DNA from: Oscillospiraceae bacterium
GTDB lineage: Bacteria > Bacillota > Clostridia > Oscillospirales > Oscillospiraceae
Direction: 5' to 3'
NCBI GenBank assembly: GCA_045643645.1
Contig: JAZULF010000027.1
Span: forward strand, 8,894-72,893
DNA length: 64,000 nt
Numbering within the stretch: the stretch's first letter is position 1; each line of letters starts with the position of its first letter. The position numbers and the translations under genes were made by a program. This document shows, one piece after another, positions 57,501 to 64,000 of the stretch. The notes under the pieces were generated by a model, which saw only the letters and a program-made list of their open reading frames with translations, was not told the origin of the DNA and did not search any database.

Positions 57501-60042
57501 GCTTTCCGAGTCTGACGGTATCGAAGGCTGCTACTACAGCATCAACGGTCTTGATGACCTTGAAGCACTGCAGCAGTATGTACTTAAGGGCTACAAGACA
57601 AAGGGTATCACCTTCTTTATGACCCGCGACCTTGATATGAGCGCAAAGTATCATATTGACGGCAACTCATGGACACCTATCGGCAATGTTAATTATCCGT
57701 TCCAGGGTATATTTGACGGTCAGGGCTACACAATCAAGTATCTTTACATTGACACAAGTGCTGATGACCAGGGTCTGTTCGGCCATGTAAACCAGGGTGC
57801 AACCATTAAAAACCTCGGCATCTGCGGCAGTGTCAGAGGCGGTCTGAACGCAGGCAGTATCGTTGGTGACTTCAACTTCAGTACTATAGCAAACTGCTGG
57901 TCCTCCTGCATAGTCAACGCTCTTGACGGCAACGCAGGCGGCATCGTCGGTGGTGCAAACGGCGGTACAATTGTAAACTGCACAAGCTACGGCGAGGTTA
58001 TGAGCGTTGATGCTTACGGCGCAATCGCAGGCTATGCATTTGCAACCGAAATCAAGTACTGCTATTATCTGTACGGCACCTGCCAGCAAGCATACAGCGG
58101 CGGTTCAACTCCCGTTGCGTCAAATGTCCAGTACTTCAACGGCACAAGCTCCGCCTGCATACTTCACGAGTATGTAAATGTTGAAGGTACAGAAACCAGA
58201 AATGTTCTCAGCGCACTCAAGCTCTATGTTGACGCACATCCCGAAACCAATTACTGCTACTGGGTTATAGGCAACACCGCTGAGTACCTTGAAATGGGCG
58301 TTGCACTCTTCCCCGTTCTCCTTTCCGCATCCAATACCATGGGCGAAAAGGACCATGCATCAGTACAGGCTTACTTCAACGGTCAGGAGTATTATTCCGT
58401 AATCAAGGCAATTAATGCCGCAAACGACACAGAGGGCGGCGGTGATGTAACGCTTGCAACAAATGTCGTTTTCTATGTACGCGATGATGTTTCTCTTGAC
58501 AGTGATGTAAGACTTCTCACGGACAATTACTCAGCTGTTATTAAATCAGAAGTAAAATTGCAAAGTATGCAGCAGCTTGACGGATACTATACCGTCAAGG
58601 AAGGCGGCAAGATTCTTGTTTGGAACGAAGAGAAGAATGATTATTCCCTCTTTATGTTCGCAAAGAAGGATGCCGAGGCAAACTGCAATAGCGAATTCTA
58701 CGGAACAGGCAGCTTGGTATTCCGCTCTATGCCCGTTGAGAACGGTACTGCCGAAGCATACAACCTCAGCTTTGAAAACGGCGATTTCATTGTAAATTCA
58801 ACCATTGACAGCGGCAATCCTCACGGAATTCCCGGTGGCAGCACTATTGCAATTCAGTCTCACGCAACGCTTGTTGTTGCACCGAATGCAAGAATCCGTA
58901 CAACCGGCGGCGCTGTTATTATGAACTACGGCAGCGTTAAAATCGGTAATGCAATCCTTGACAGAAACACAGGCATTAAGATGGTCGGTGTATTTGAGGA
59001 CGACGGCGGCGTTGTCACTCTCCCCTACATCTACAAGGAAGGCTACACGCTTAAAGGCTGGTCTGACGGTACAACAACATACCCCGCAGGCGGCAGGGTA
59101 ACCGTCCAGAAGGAAAAAACCTTCACTGCCCAGTGGTCTCTCGGTGAAAGCGCAGACCCATACCCCGGTGATGATACTTATTCTGAGGATAAGCCGATAT
59201 ATAACATCCCCATCACCGTTATTCAGTCAAATGGCGGCACTATTTCTCCCGATTCTATCTATGCGGCAAAGGGTGAAAACCTCACATATAAGATTACTCC
59301 CGACGCCGCTTATTCCATAACCACTGTGCTTGTTGACGGCAAGCCCGTTGAGCTTGACGAGGATAGCTGCTATACCTTTATCAGCATCAGCCGTGAGCAC
59401 AACATTGTTGCACTGTTCTCCAAGCCTACCAACGACTCGTATTACAGCTGGACATCACCGTTTAAGGATGTTTCAAAGAGCGAATGGTACTACGATAGCA
59501 TTTGCTACGCAGCATCCGCAGGCTTCTTCAACGGCACCACAGAAACTACCTTCTCCCCCGAAGACGCAATGACCCGAGAGATGCTGGTAACCGTTCTTTG
59601 GCGAATGGCGGGCAGTCCCATTGTTCCGAGTGACGCAGGTCAGCACTTTACCGATGTACCCAAGTCCAGCTATGCGTATGATGCAATCCGTTGGGCAACA
59701 ATGTTCGGTATAATTAACGGCTACGGTGACGGCACCTTCGGCTACGGTGATATGGTCATCAGAGAACAGCTCGTTGCAATTCTGTTCAGATATGCTAAGA
59801 ATTATGTGGGCGTTGATGTTGCTCAGTATGACTCAACAAACATCCTAGGCTTCTCCGATGCTCTTCAGATTTCTCTCGGTATGTCGCAGCCCTTCCAGTG
59901 GGCGGTCGGTGCAAAGATTATTCTCGGCACCTCTGAGACAACTCTTGAACCTAAGGGAATGGCAACCCGTGCACAGGTTGCGGCAGTAATTTACCGCTTC
60001 AACTCAACATTTGTTGATACAATCCCGATTATCAGAACATAA
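54589..60042 (+). CDS. Giant (1,817 aa) secreted cell-wall protein: four GLUG-motif beta-helix-like modules, Listeria-Bacteroides/InlB-B-type repeats, three C-terminal SLH repeats
   Basis: Signal peptide MNSQVKRFISMVLTVVLLFGLVGTAGVFPAYA. Repeated GGI(V/A)G...I.NC turns. YTLKGWSDGTTTYPAGGRVTVQKEKTFTAQW. SLH repeats FKDVSKSEWYYDSICYAASAGFFNG, FTDVPKSSYAYDAIRWATMFGIINGYG, FSDALQISLGMSQPFQWAVGAKIILG. GGAGGG RBS. Confidence 0.85.
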   Translation: MNSQVKRFISMVLTVVLLFGLVGTAGVFPAYAEDACGYSPAKTMSELAESGEDAASGSSYSISGYDELAAFAEYVNGGKPTEGATFYLTSDINLADKEWTPIASKASLAFKGVFDGCGFAVLNLENSDAGSDYAMFGFVAGSAAEIKNLGVEGQINGKGSCAGIAANLEDAKIANCWNAVDVTGTFTVGGIAANVKNGTISNCCNYGYIYGTSNAGAIAGDLNGSSAVEYSYYVYYSADKSVGNSSSSSSHSVFRFSSSSTEVLTEKELTVGNKDTDDLIKLLNEWIDLQDKSSNYREWIYDTSTSAKARTDGRYPSILYPNYIVPKESYYTATSTMTALSESKQNAVKGGFYSISSTEELQKFRDYVNMGYNTQEVTFFQTADIVVTKTVDSWTPIGDDDDCAFKGVYDGQGYVLTDIYINKITNAQSLFGYVDDTNALIKNVGVMGLVDGGDNCGGIVGVLSSGTVANCWFGGEMVSKDRIGGIVGKAGAAQILNCANFATISGDSHVGGIVGSCSSSTTIKYCYYPTDCASGCGESSGTQTAVLSYSKDGSDFTLERSVVVGSASGVKLLNVLNHWVNYLATDTSYRSWKIDDSLDGIARIQGNHPTHLYPGDRSGVTHVDEPHIDIDNDVNPYNVHYSETATMTELYDSASDAIQGGHYSISTAKELQLLAQFVKENHSTKNATFYLTKDIDISIRALGNDAEGWLPIGCDHHITDTDSYTYIFRGTFDGCGYTVSNLYIYDEKGDNVGLFGRIRDAVIKNLGVTGGIVGEYDCGGIVGRSDHSTIKNCWAAVSIQSESETGGIVGRADETVIENCVSYGALLCYGGETCDAGGIAGEIQSDCTVKNCYYLKDTTPVGYNHAASSSEVEIITFTSSFFNDDYQCTLERAVAVEELQTDNLLDALNAWVRAQNNSQYSGWYNSAGIIGTEGMTGHYPRLMSPGEYQGSLENEDYTGDYTATSTMKQLLLSESDGIEGCYYSINGLDDLEALQQYVLKGYKTKGITFFMTRDLDMSAKYHIDGNSWTPIGNVNYPFQGIFDGQGYTIKYLYIDTSADDQGLFGHVNQGATIKNLGICGSVRGGLNAGSIVGDFNFSTIANCWSSCIVNALDGNAGGIVGGANGGTIVNCTSYGEVMSVDAYGAIAGYAFATEIKYCYYLYGTCQQAYSGGSTPVASNVQYFNGTSSACILHEYVNVEGTETRNVLSALKLYVDAHPETNYCYWVIGNTAEYLEMGVALFPVLLSASNTMGEKDHASVQAYFNGQEYYSVIKAINAANDTEGGGDVTLATNVVFYVRDDVSLDSDVRLLTDNYSAVIKSEVKLQSMQQLDGYYTVKEGGKILVWNEEKNDYSLFMFAKKDAEANCNSEFYGTGSLVFRSMPVENGTAEAYNLSFENGDFIVNSTIDSGNPHGIPGGSTIAIQSHATLVVAPNARIRTTGGAVIMNYGSVKIGNAILDRNTGIKMVGVFEDDGGVVTLPYIYKEGYTLKGWSDGTTTYPAGGRVTVQKEKTFTAQWSLGESADPYPGDDTYSEDKPIYNIPITVIQSNGGTISPDSIYAAKGENLTYKITPDAAYSITTVLVDGKPVELDEDSCYTFISISREHNIVALFSKPTNDSYYSWTSPFKDVSKSEWYYDSICYAASAGFFNGTTETTFSPEDAMTREMLVTVLWRMAGSPIVPSDAGQHFTDVPKSSYAYDAIRWATMFGIINGYGDGTFGYGDMVIREQLVAILFRYAKNYVGVDVAQYDSTNILGFSDALQISLGMSQPFQWAVGAKIILGTSETTLEPKGMATRAQVAAVIYRFNSTFVDTIPIIRT
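54700..58335 (+). repeat. Four tandem diverged protein-level modules (~290-320 aa each) inside the giant ORF
   Basis: Module heads at ~54700, 55576, 56506 and 57469. Each starts ...T(M/L)..L..S...A..G..YSIS..(D/E)EL..F..YV..G..T...TF(Y/F).T.DI... W(T/L)PIG ... F.G.FDG.GY....LYI. The copies have diverged at DNA level. Confidence 0.7.
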
Positions 60043-60047
60043 CAAAT

Positions 60048-60086
60048 AACCGCCTCAGGCTTAGCCTGAGGCGGTTTACTTTTTTC
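60048..60086. terminator. Bidirectional terminator between the convergent giant gene and the anti-sigma gene
   Basis: AACCGCCTCAGGC-TTA-GCCTGAGGCGGTT followed by TACTTTTTT. Confidence 0.7.
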
Positions 60087-60087
60087 T

Positions 60088-61209
60088 TTATGCAGCTTTT
60101 TTAATTACTTCGCTTATAAACTGAGTAACTTTTCCGATATTCTTTTGGTCATACCATGTACTTACGGAATCGTCACCGACATTTATTATCGCGCCCTTGC
60201 TCCCGACAAGCTGATTTCTGCTTTCAGCAATTATGCCCCAAAGCTTTTCTCCGCTTTCGCTTTTGCCTTCAGCAATGTTCAGCACATAACCAATCTGCTT
60301 TGCAACATCGCTTTCACTGTAGTATTCAGTAAGCTTATTATAGAAGTCAGACAACGCTTTTGTGAATTTCACAACCTCTTCTGTGCTGAGGTCATCAAGA
60401 TTTACCTTATCGCGGTACTTATCAGGTACAACACCGGCTACACTTCCGACAATATCAATGTCTTCGGGAGCGCCAATGTAAACCATAAGCTGGTTAATGG
60501 TCTGAATATTGTTTTTTGCAAGTGTATCAAAGCTTAAATCCGAGCGCTCATGACATATCTTTGAAATGAGTAAAACTCTTCCGGTTGATACATTATGGCT
60601 TTCAGCAAGGTCTTTTAGATTCTTTTCGTTTGTCATTGTCTGGCTTATTATTGAGAATCCGTAATCAACCTGGTTTTCAATATCTTTGATTGCATTGACC
60701 GCAGATTGGCGTACCTTGTCCGCTCTCTGCTCATCCTTATCGAGTACAGAAACAAGGACAGAGTTTTTCAGGTTTGAAATGTAGCCCTTATCCTTCAGCG
60801 CATTCATTGTTGTCTTTACCGCTGTTTCATATTTCTTACCGACAACATCAATGTCTGCAGCAACCTTCTCTGCATCCTTATTAAGCGGTTCAACGGCAAC
60901 AACAACATTTCTGTCATTAATCTCAATCTTCAGGCTCGGATTAACATCAAGCATAAGCACGGTATTGCTTGCCATAGGCAGCTGCATAATATGCTGTCCG
61001 AGCTCAACAATACCCGAATCGACTCCGCCAATGCCTGCAAGCATTGCAGCTGTACCGGCAATAACGACCGCAAGTGAAGCGGCGAGAGCGCGCCAGCCTT
61101 TCATACGGGATACACGCTTTGCAGATACCTCAATGCTTTCATCAAAAAGTTCATCTATGAAGCGGTCATCAACTGAACCTATATGTTTTAGCAGATCTTC
61201 TCGTTTCAA
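60088..61209 (-). CDS. Putative anti-sigma factor (single-pass membrane protein with ~270-aa extracytoplasmic domain)
   Basis: Start set to TTG 61209, overlapping the sigma-gene stop (TTGA), with GAAGGAA upstream. Short cytoplasmic segment LKREDLLKHIGSVDDRFIDELFDES, TM WRALAASLAVVIAGTAAMLAGIGG, large outside domain. Function is inferred from position and coupling only. Confidence 0.62.
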   Translation of the reverse strand: MKREDLLKHIGSVDDRFIDELFDESIEVSAKRVSRMKGWRALAASLAVVIAGTAAMLAGIGGVDSGIVELGQHIMQLPMASNTVLMLDVNPSLKIEINDRNVVVAVEPLNKDAEKVAADIDVVGKKYETAVKTTMNALKDKGYISNLKNSVLVSVLDKDEQRADKVRQSAVNAIKDIENQVDYGFSIISQTMTNEKNLKDLAESHNVSTGRVLLISKICHERSDLSFDTLAKNNIQTINQLMVYIGAPEDIDIVGSVAGVVPDKYRDKVNLDDLSTEEVVKFTKALSDFYNKLTEYYSESDVAKQIGYVLNIAEGKSESGEKLWGIIAESRNQLVGSKGAIINVGDDSVSTWYDQKNIGKVTQFISEVIKKAA

Positions 61210-61766
61210 AGAGAAATTCCTTCTTTCATAAAATGCTTTTTCAGCTTGCCTCTTAATCTGAACAGCATTGTTGTTGTTTTGGAAACAGATATGCCGTATC
61301 GCTCGGCTATAGCGGCAATAGGCTCCATCATCCAATACCTTCTCATAAACGCGCCGCGCTCGACACTGTTAAGCCCCTCAAGGAACTCATTCAGCGCCTC
61401 GGTAATCTCAGCCGAATCCTCGCGCCGCTCAAGCTCATCACTACCGGATATGCACTCAGCCAGCTCATCGAGAACAAGCGGCACCTCGCCGCCTCCTCTC
61501 TTATCGCTGTTTCTGTGCCTCAGCTTATCCAACGCAAGGTTGCGGGTAATCTTTCCGATAAAAGACGAAAGAGATGTAGGCTCATTGGGCGGGATACTGC
61601 CCCACGCACGCATTAATGCATCGTTCACGCACTCTTCGCTATCCTCATCATTGCCGAGAATATTATAAGCAATGCGGTGGCAGTATCGACCATATTTGCT
61701 ATTCGTTTGTAATATCGCTTCCTCTGAACGCTGCAGAAAAAGCTCTACAATACTACGGTCGTCCAA
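61206..61766 (-). CDS. ECF-type RNA polymerase sigma-70 family factor
   Basis: 186 aa; region 2 (EECVNDALMRAW) and region 4 HTH (PIAAIAERYGISVSKTTTMLFRLRGKLKK). TTG start with AGGAG 7 nt upstream. Confidence 0.88.
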   Translation of the reverse strand: MDDRSIVELFLQRSEEAILQTNSKYGRYCHRIAYNILGNDEDSEECVNDALMRAWGSIPPNEPTSLSSFIGKITRNLALDKLRHRNSDKRGGGEVPLVLDELAECISGSDELERREDSAEITEALNEFLEGLNSVERGAFMRRYWMMEPIAAIAERYGISVSKTTTMLFRLRGKLKKHFMKEGISL

Positions 61767-61980
61767 ATCATTTCTCCTATCTAAATATTAAGACGGAATT
61801 TTATATCAAGTATCACATTTTTTTTGCAAAAAAACAAGTTTAATTTTTTAAGTACATTCTATTTTGAAATTTTTATATAAATAGGCCTTTTTCGGTTGTG
61901 CATAGTTTGTGTTTATGATATATTGATGACGAAATCGACAAGCTTCAAACTATACTCTCTGTGTGAAAGAAGGATTTTAA

Positions 61981-62766
61981 TTGAAGACCAGAGTAATCTC
62001 CGCAATTGTACTTATTATTATCGTTGTAACCTGTTTCCTTCTGTCCCCGATAACACGAGCATTGTTCATTGCTGCGGCAATGATTCTTGCAATCCGTGAA
62101 ATGTGCAACGCAATCGGTCAGAAGGAAATCAAGTGCGCAGCATGGTTGCTGTACATATTTGCCGCTTTGGCTGCAATCGGCATTTATTATAAAGCCGACT
62201 ACGCTTTCAGCGAGGCCTTGTTTTTCCTTGCCATATTTGCTTTTCTTACCGCTGGTGTTACTAAGAAGGATATACGCGGTCCCGGCGCATTGGCAAGTCT
62301 TGCTGTGCTTGTATACCCCGTTGTTCCCTTCTTAATCATTCTCAAGCTGGCGCTTCGCCCCGACTGGGTACCCATTTTCACCGTAGGCTGCATCTCCACA
62401 TGGGCATGCGACGCATTTGCACTCTTCGGCGGCAAGTGGTTTGGCAAGCACAAGCTTGCGCCCGAGGTAAGTCCCAAGAAAACTGTCGAGGGCAGCGCTA
62501 CCGGTGCAGTTGCCGCAACAATTGTTGGTGGAATTGCCTACTTTGCTCTTAAATCAAGCTTTGATGTTTCTCTTCTGTCCTGCATGTTCACCGCTTTGGT
62601 CTGCTCAAGCTTCGGTCAGGTCGGTGACCTTGCCGCTTCACTTGTAAAGCGCATGTGCGGCGTTAAGGACTACAGCAACCTTATTCCCGGTCACGGCGGC
62701 GTTATGGACAGAATGGACAGTCTGCTCTTCTCAATTCCCATTGCTTATTTCCTGCTCAGCCTCTGA
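61981..62766 (+). CDS. cdsA: Phosphatidate cytidylyltransferase
   Basis: 261 aa polytopic; signature SLVKRMCGVKDYSNLIPGHGGVMDRMDSLLF. TTG start with GAAGGA RBS. Confidence 0.9.
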   Translation: MKTRVISAIVLIIIVVTCFLLSPITRALFIAAAMILAIREMCNAIGQKEIKCAAWLLYIFAALAAIGIYYKADYAFSEALFFLAIFAFLTAGVTKKDIRGPGALASLAVLVYPVVPFLIILKLALRPDWVPIFTVGCISTWACDAFALFGGKWFGKHKLAPEVSPKKTVEGSATGAVAATIVGGIAYFALKSSFDVSLLSCMFTALVCSSFGQVGDLAASLVKRMCGVKDYSNLIPGHGGVMDRMDSLLFSIPIAYFLLSL

Positions 62767-62808
62767 ATAATTCCGTAATTTTTGAATAGAATAGTTTAAG
62801 AATATTAA

Positions 62809-62840
62809 TACCGCTTCCCATTGGGAAGCGGTACTTTTTT
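62809..62840 (+). terminator. Rho-independent terminator after cdsA
   Basis: TACCGCTTCCC-ATT-GGGAAGCGGTA followed by CTTTTTT. Confidence 0.65.
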
Positions 62841-62848
62841 AGGTAAAT

Positions 62849-63649
62849 ATGAAGCATTTTTTCAGAAAAATCCGCAAATTCAACAATGGCATAAGCGAGA
62901 ACAATATTAACGCTCACGCTGCGGCAAGTGCGTTTTATATGTTTTTATCGCTTGTGCCTTTTGTTGCGCTGCTCAGTACGATTCTGCCCTATACAAAGCT
63001 GTCGCAGGAAAGATTATTCGGAATTATATACGACTATATTCCGAACGCATTGCAAGCAATTATCGTAAGCGCAATAAACGATATTTACCTCAGAAATGAC
63101 GCTGTATTGCCGATTTCCCTTATACTGTCCGTATGGCTGTCAAGTCAGGCATTTTCGGTGCTGATACGCGGCATTGAGGACATTGCCGATAGCCCTCGTT
63201 ATAGCTCATATATTCGCAGAAGTCTGCTTGCGTGTCTGTATACTGTTGGTCTCGTTACCGCAATGATTGCACTGCTGATTTTGCTTGTTTTCAGCGAACA
63301 CATTGCACAAGTTTCTGTATTTTCACCTGTAATCCATCTGATTTTTAACCTAAGACTTGTGGTAGCTGCAGTAATTCTGACAGTCATTTTTGTTTTGATG
63401 TATCATTGGGTGCCCGATATTAAACTCAGCTTATTATCATTGCTGCCCGGTGCCTCCGCAGCCTCTGCTGCATGGCTGATTTTCACATGGTTGTTTTCAC
63501 TATATCTGAAAAACGGAGGCAATTACAGCACCTATGGCAGCCTTGCCGGAATAGTAATTTCACTGCTTTGGATGTACTGGTGTATGTATATTATCCTTAT
63601 TGGCGCTTATCTGAATGTTTTTCTGTATAGAAATCGAAGTAATAATTAG
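62849..63649 (+). CDS. YihY/BrkB (virulence factor BrkB) family membrane protein
   Basis: 266 aa, ~6 TM; N-terminus ...NINAHAAASAFYMFLSLVPFVALL and C-terminus YGSLAGIVISLLWMYWCMYIILIGAYLN are typical of YihY. Confidence 0.85.
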   Translation: MKHFFRKIRKFNNGISENNINAHAAASAFYMFLSLVPFVALLSTILPYTKLSQERLFGIIYDYIPNALQAIIVSAINDIYLRNDAVLPISLILSVWLSSQAFSVLIRGIEDIADSPRYSSYIRRSLLACLYTVGLVTAMIALLILLVFSEHIAQVSVFSPVIHLIFNLRLVVAAVILTVIFVLMYHWVPDIKLSLLSLLPGASAASAAWLIFTWLFSLYLKNGGNYSTYGSLAGIVISLLWMYWCMYIILIGAYLNVFLYRNRSNN

Positions 63650-63697
63650 TTCTCATACTACAACTTAACTAAATTTTATATCTTTCTTTTGTTGATA

Positions 63698-63726
63698 TTT
63701 ACAATAATATTTTATCGTGATATAAT
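63698..63726 (+). promoter_or_regulatory. Candidate sigma-A promoter of the MATE gene (TTTACA-17-TGaTATAAT)
   Basis: TTTACA 63698-63703, 17-nt spacer ending in TGA, TATAAT 63721-63726. Confidence 0.4.
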
Positions 63727-63763
63727 AGCAAAATCGACTAAAAACAATGTAAGGTGACTTGAA

Positions 63764-64000
63764 ATGCATCAGGAAAACTCGCTTGCGATGTTCGAAAAGG
63801 AACCCATCGTCAAGCTTATGCTAAAATTTGCACTACCTGCGATTGCATCAATGGTGGTTAACTCAATCTACAACATCGTTGACCAGATTTTCATTGGTCA
63901 GGGTGTTGGTATGCTGGGTAATGCTGCAACCAATCTTACCTTCCCGTTTGTAACCTTCTCTATGGCAATCGGTACTATGATTGCAGACGGCTGCGTTGCT
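63764..64000 (+). CDS. MATE family efflux transporter, N-terminal 79 codons (continues past the right edge)
   Basis: Own translation from ATG 63764: MHQENSLAMFEKEPIVKLMLKFALPAIASMVVNSIYNIVDQIFIGQGVGMLGNAATNL... is the typical MATE N-terminus. AAGGTGA RBS. Confidence 0.85.
   Translation, partial: MHQENSLAMFEKEPIVKLMLKFALPAIASMVVNSIYNIVDQIFIGQGVGMLGNAATNLTFPFVTFSMAIGTMIADGCVA

Noticed and set aside
61210-61335. 42-codon N-terminal extension of the anti-sigma ORF overlapping the sigma gene
   Set aside because: It would overlap the sigma gene 3' end by 130 nt in another frame. The TTG at 61209 gives the classic TTGA stop/start coupling with a GAAGGAA RBS.
1-64000. Search for mobile elements, CRISPR arrays, prophage or toxin-antitoxin/defence modules
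   Set aside because: I saw no transposase, integrase or recombinase-like ORFs, and no regularly spaced direct repeats. No phage structural genes or small overlapping toxin/antitoxin-like pairs were seen. The non-coding spacers are all 330 bp or shorter and are accounted for by promoters, terminators, the tRNA and rnpB.

Overview
This is a moderate-GC chromosomal segment from an endospore-forming Firmicute, Clostridia-like; the exact taxon cannot be determined from here. All family calls come from reading motifs in the supplied translations and sequence, with no database search. I recognise about 60 protein genes, one tRNA (Thr-CGU) and the RNase P RNA. Coding is very dense, mostly on the minus strand, with many 1-4 nt start/stop overlaps that indicate long translationally coupled operons. 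Layout: (1) 0-35.5 kb is core housekeeping: murD (partial), rnpB, pepD, RNase J, recR, rpe, tyrS, and then a block whose order mirrors the B. subtilis spoIIIA-nusB-xseAB-ispA-dxs-tlyA-argR-recN region, including a complete spoIIIAA-AH sporulation operon. It continues with yebC, glpK-Nudix-DUF1015, mreB, comFC, recD2 and uvrA. (2) 35.5-40.5 kb holds a TetR regulator, gluQ, a HAD phosphatase, a GH2 glycosidase and tRNA-Thr. (3) 40.9-48.3 kb is one tight operon: uvrB-polA-(metallopeptidase/pseudo-LMW-PTP fusion)-rimI-tsaD-radC. (4) 48.4-61.8 kb is an accessory-looking cell-envelope block. It holds an O-antigen-ligase-like membrane protein coupled to an SLH-anchored lipase-like protein, an orphan small protein, a TM-anchored solute-binding-like protein plus an orphan HypB GTPase, a 1,817-aa four-module GLUG/SLH wall protein, and an ECF sigma/anti-sigma pair. 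(5) 62-64 kb holds cdsA, yihY and a MATE transporter (partial). I saw no rRNA, CRISPR array, transposase, integrase, prophage or recognisable defence system. I found no single clearly novel system. The best candidates for follow-up are the envelope block and its giant repeat protein, the Wzy_C-SLH gene pair, the metallopeptidase/pseudo-phosphatase fusion inside the t6A/repair operon, the orphan HypB, and the glpK-Nudix-DUF1015 operon. Several small non-coding oddities are also reported below.
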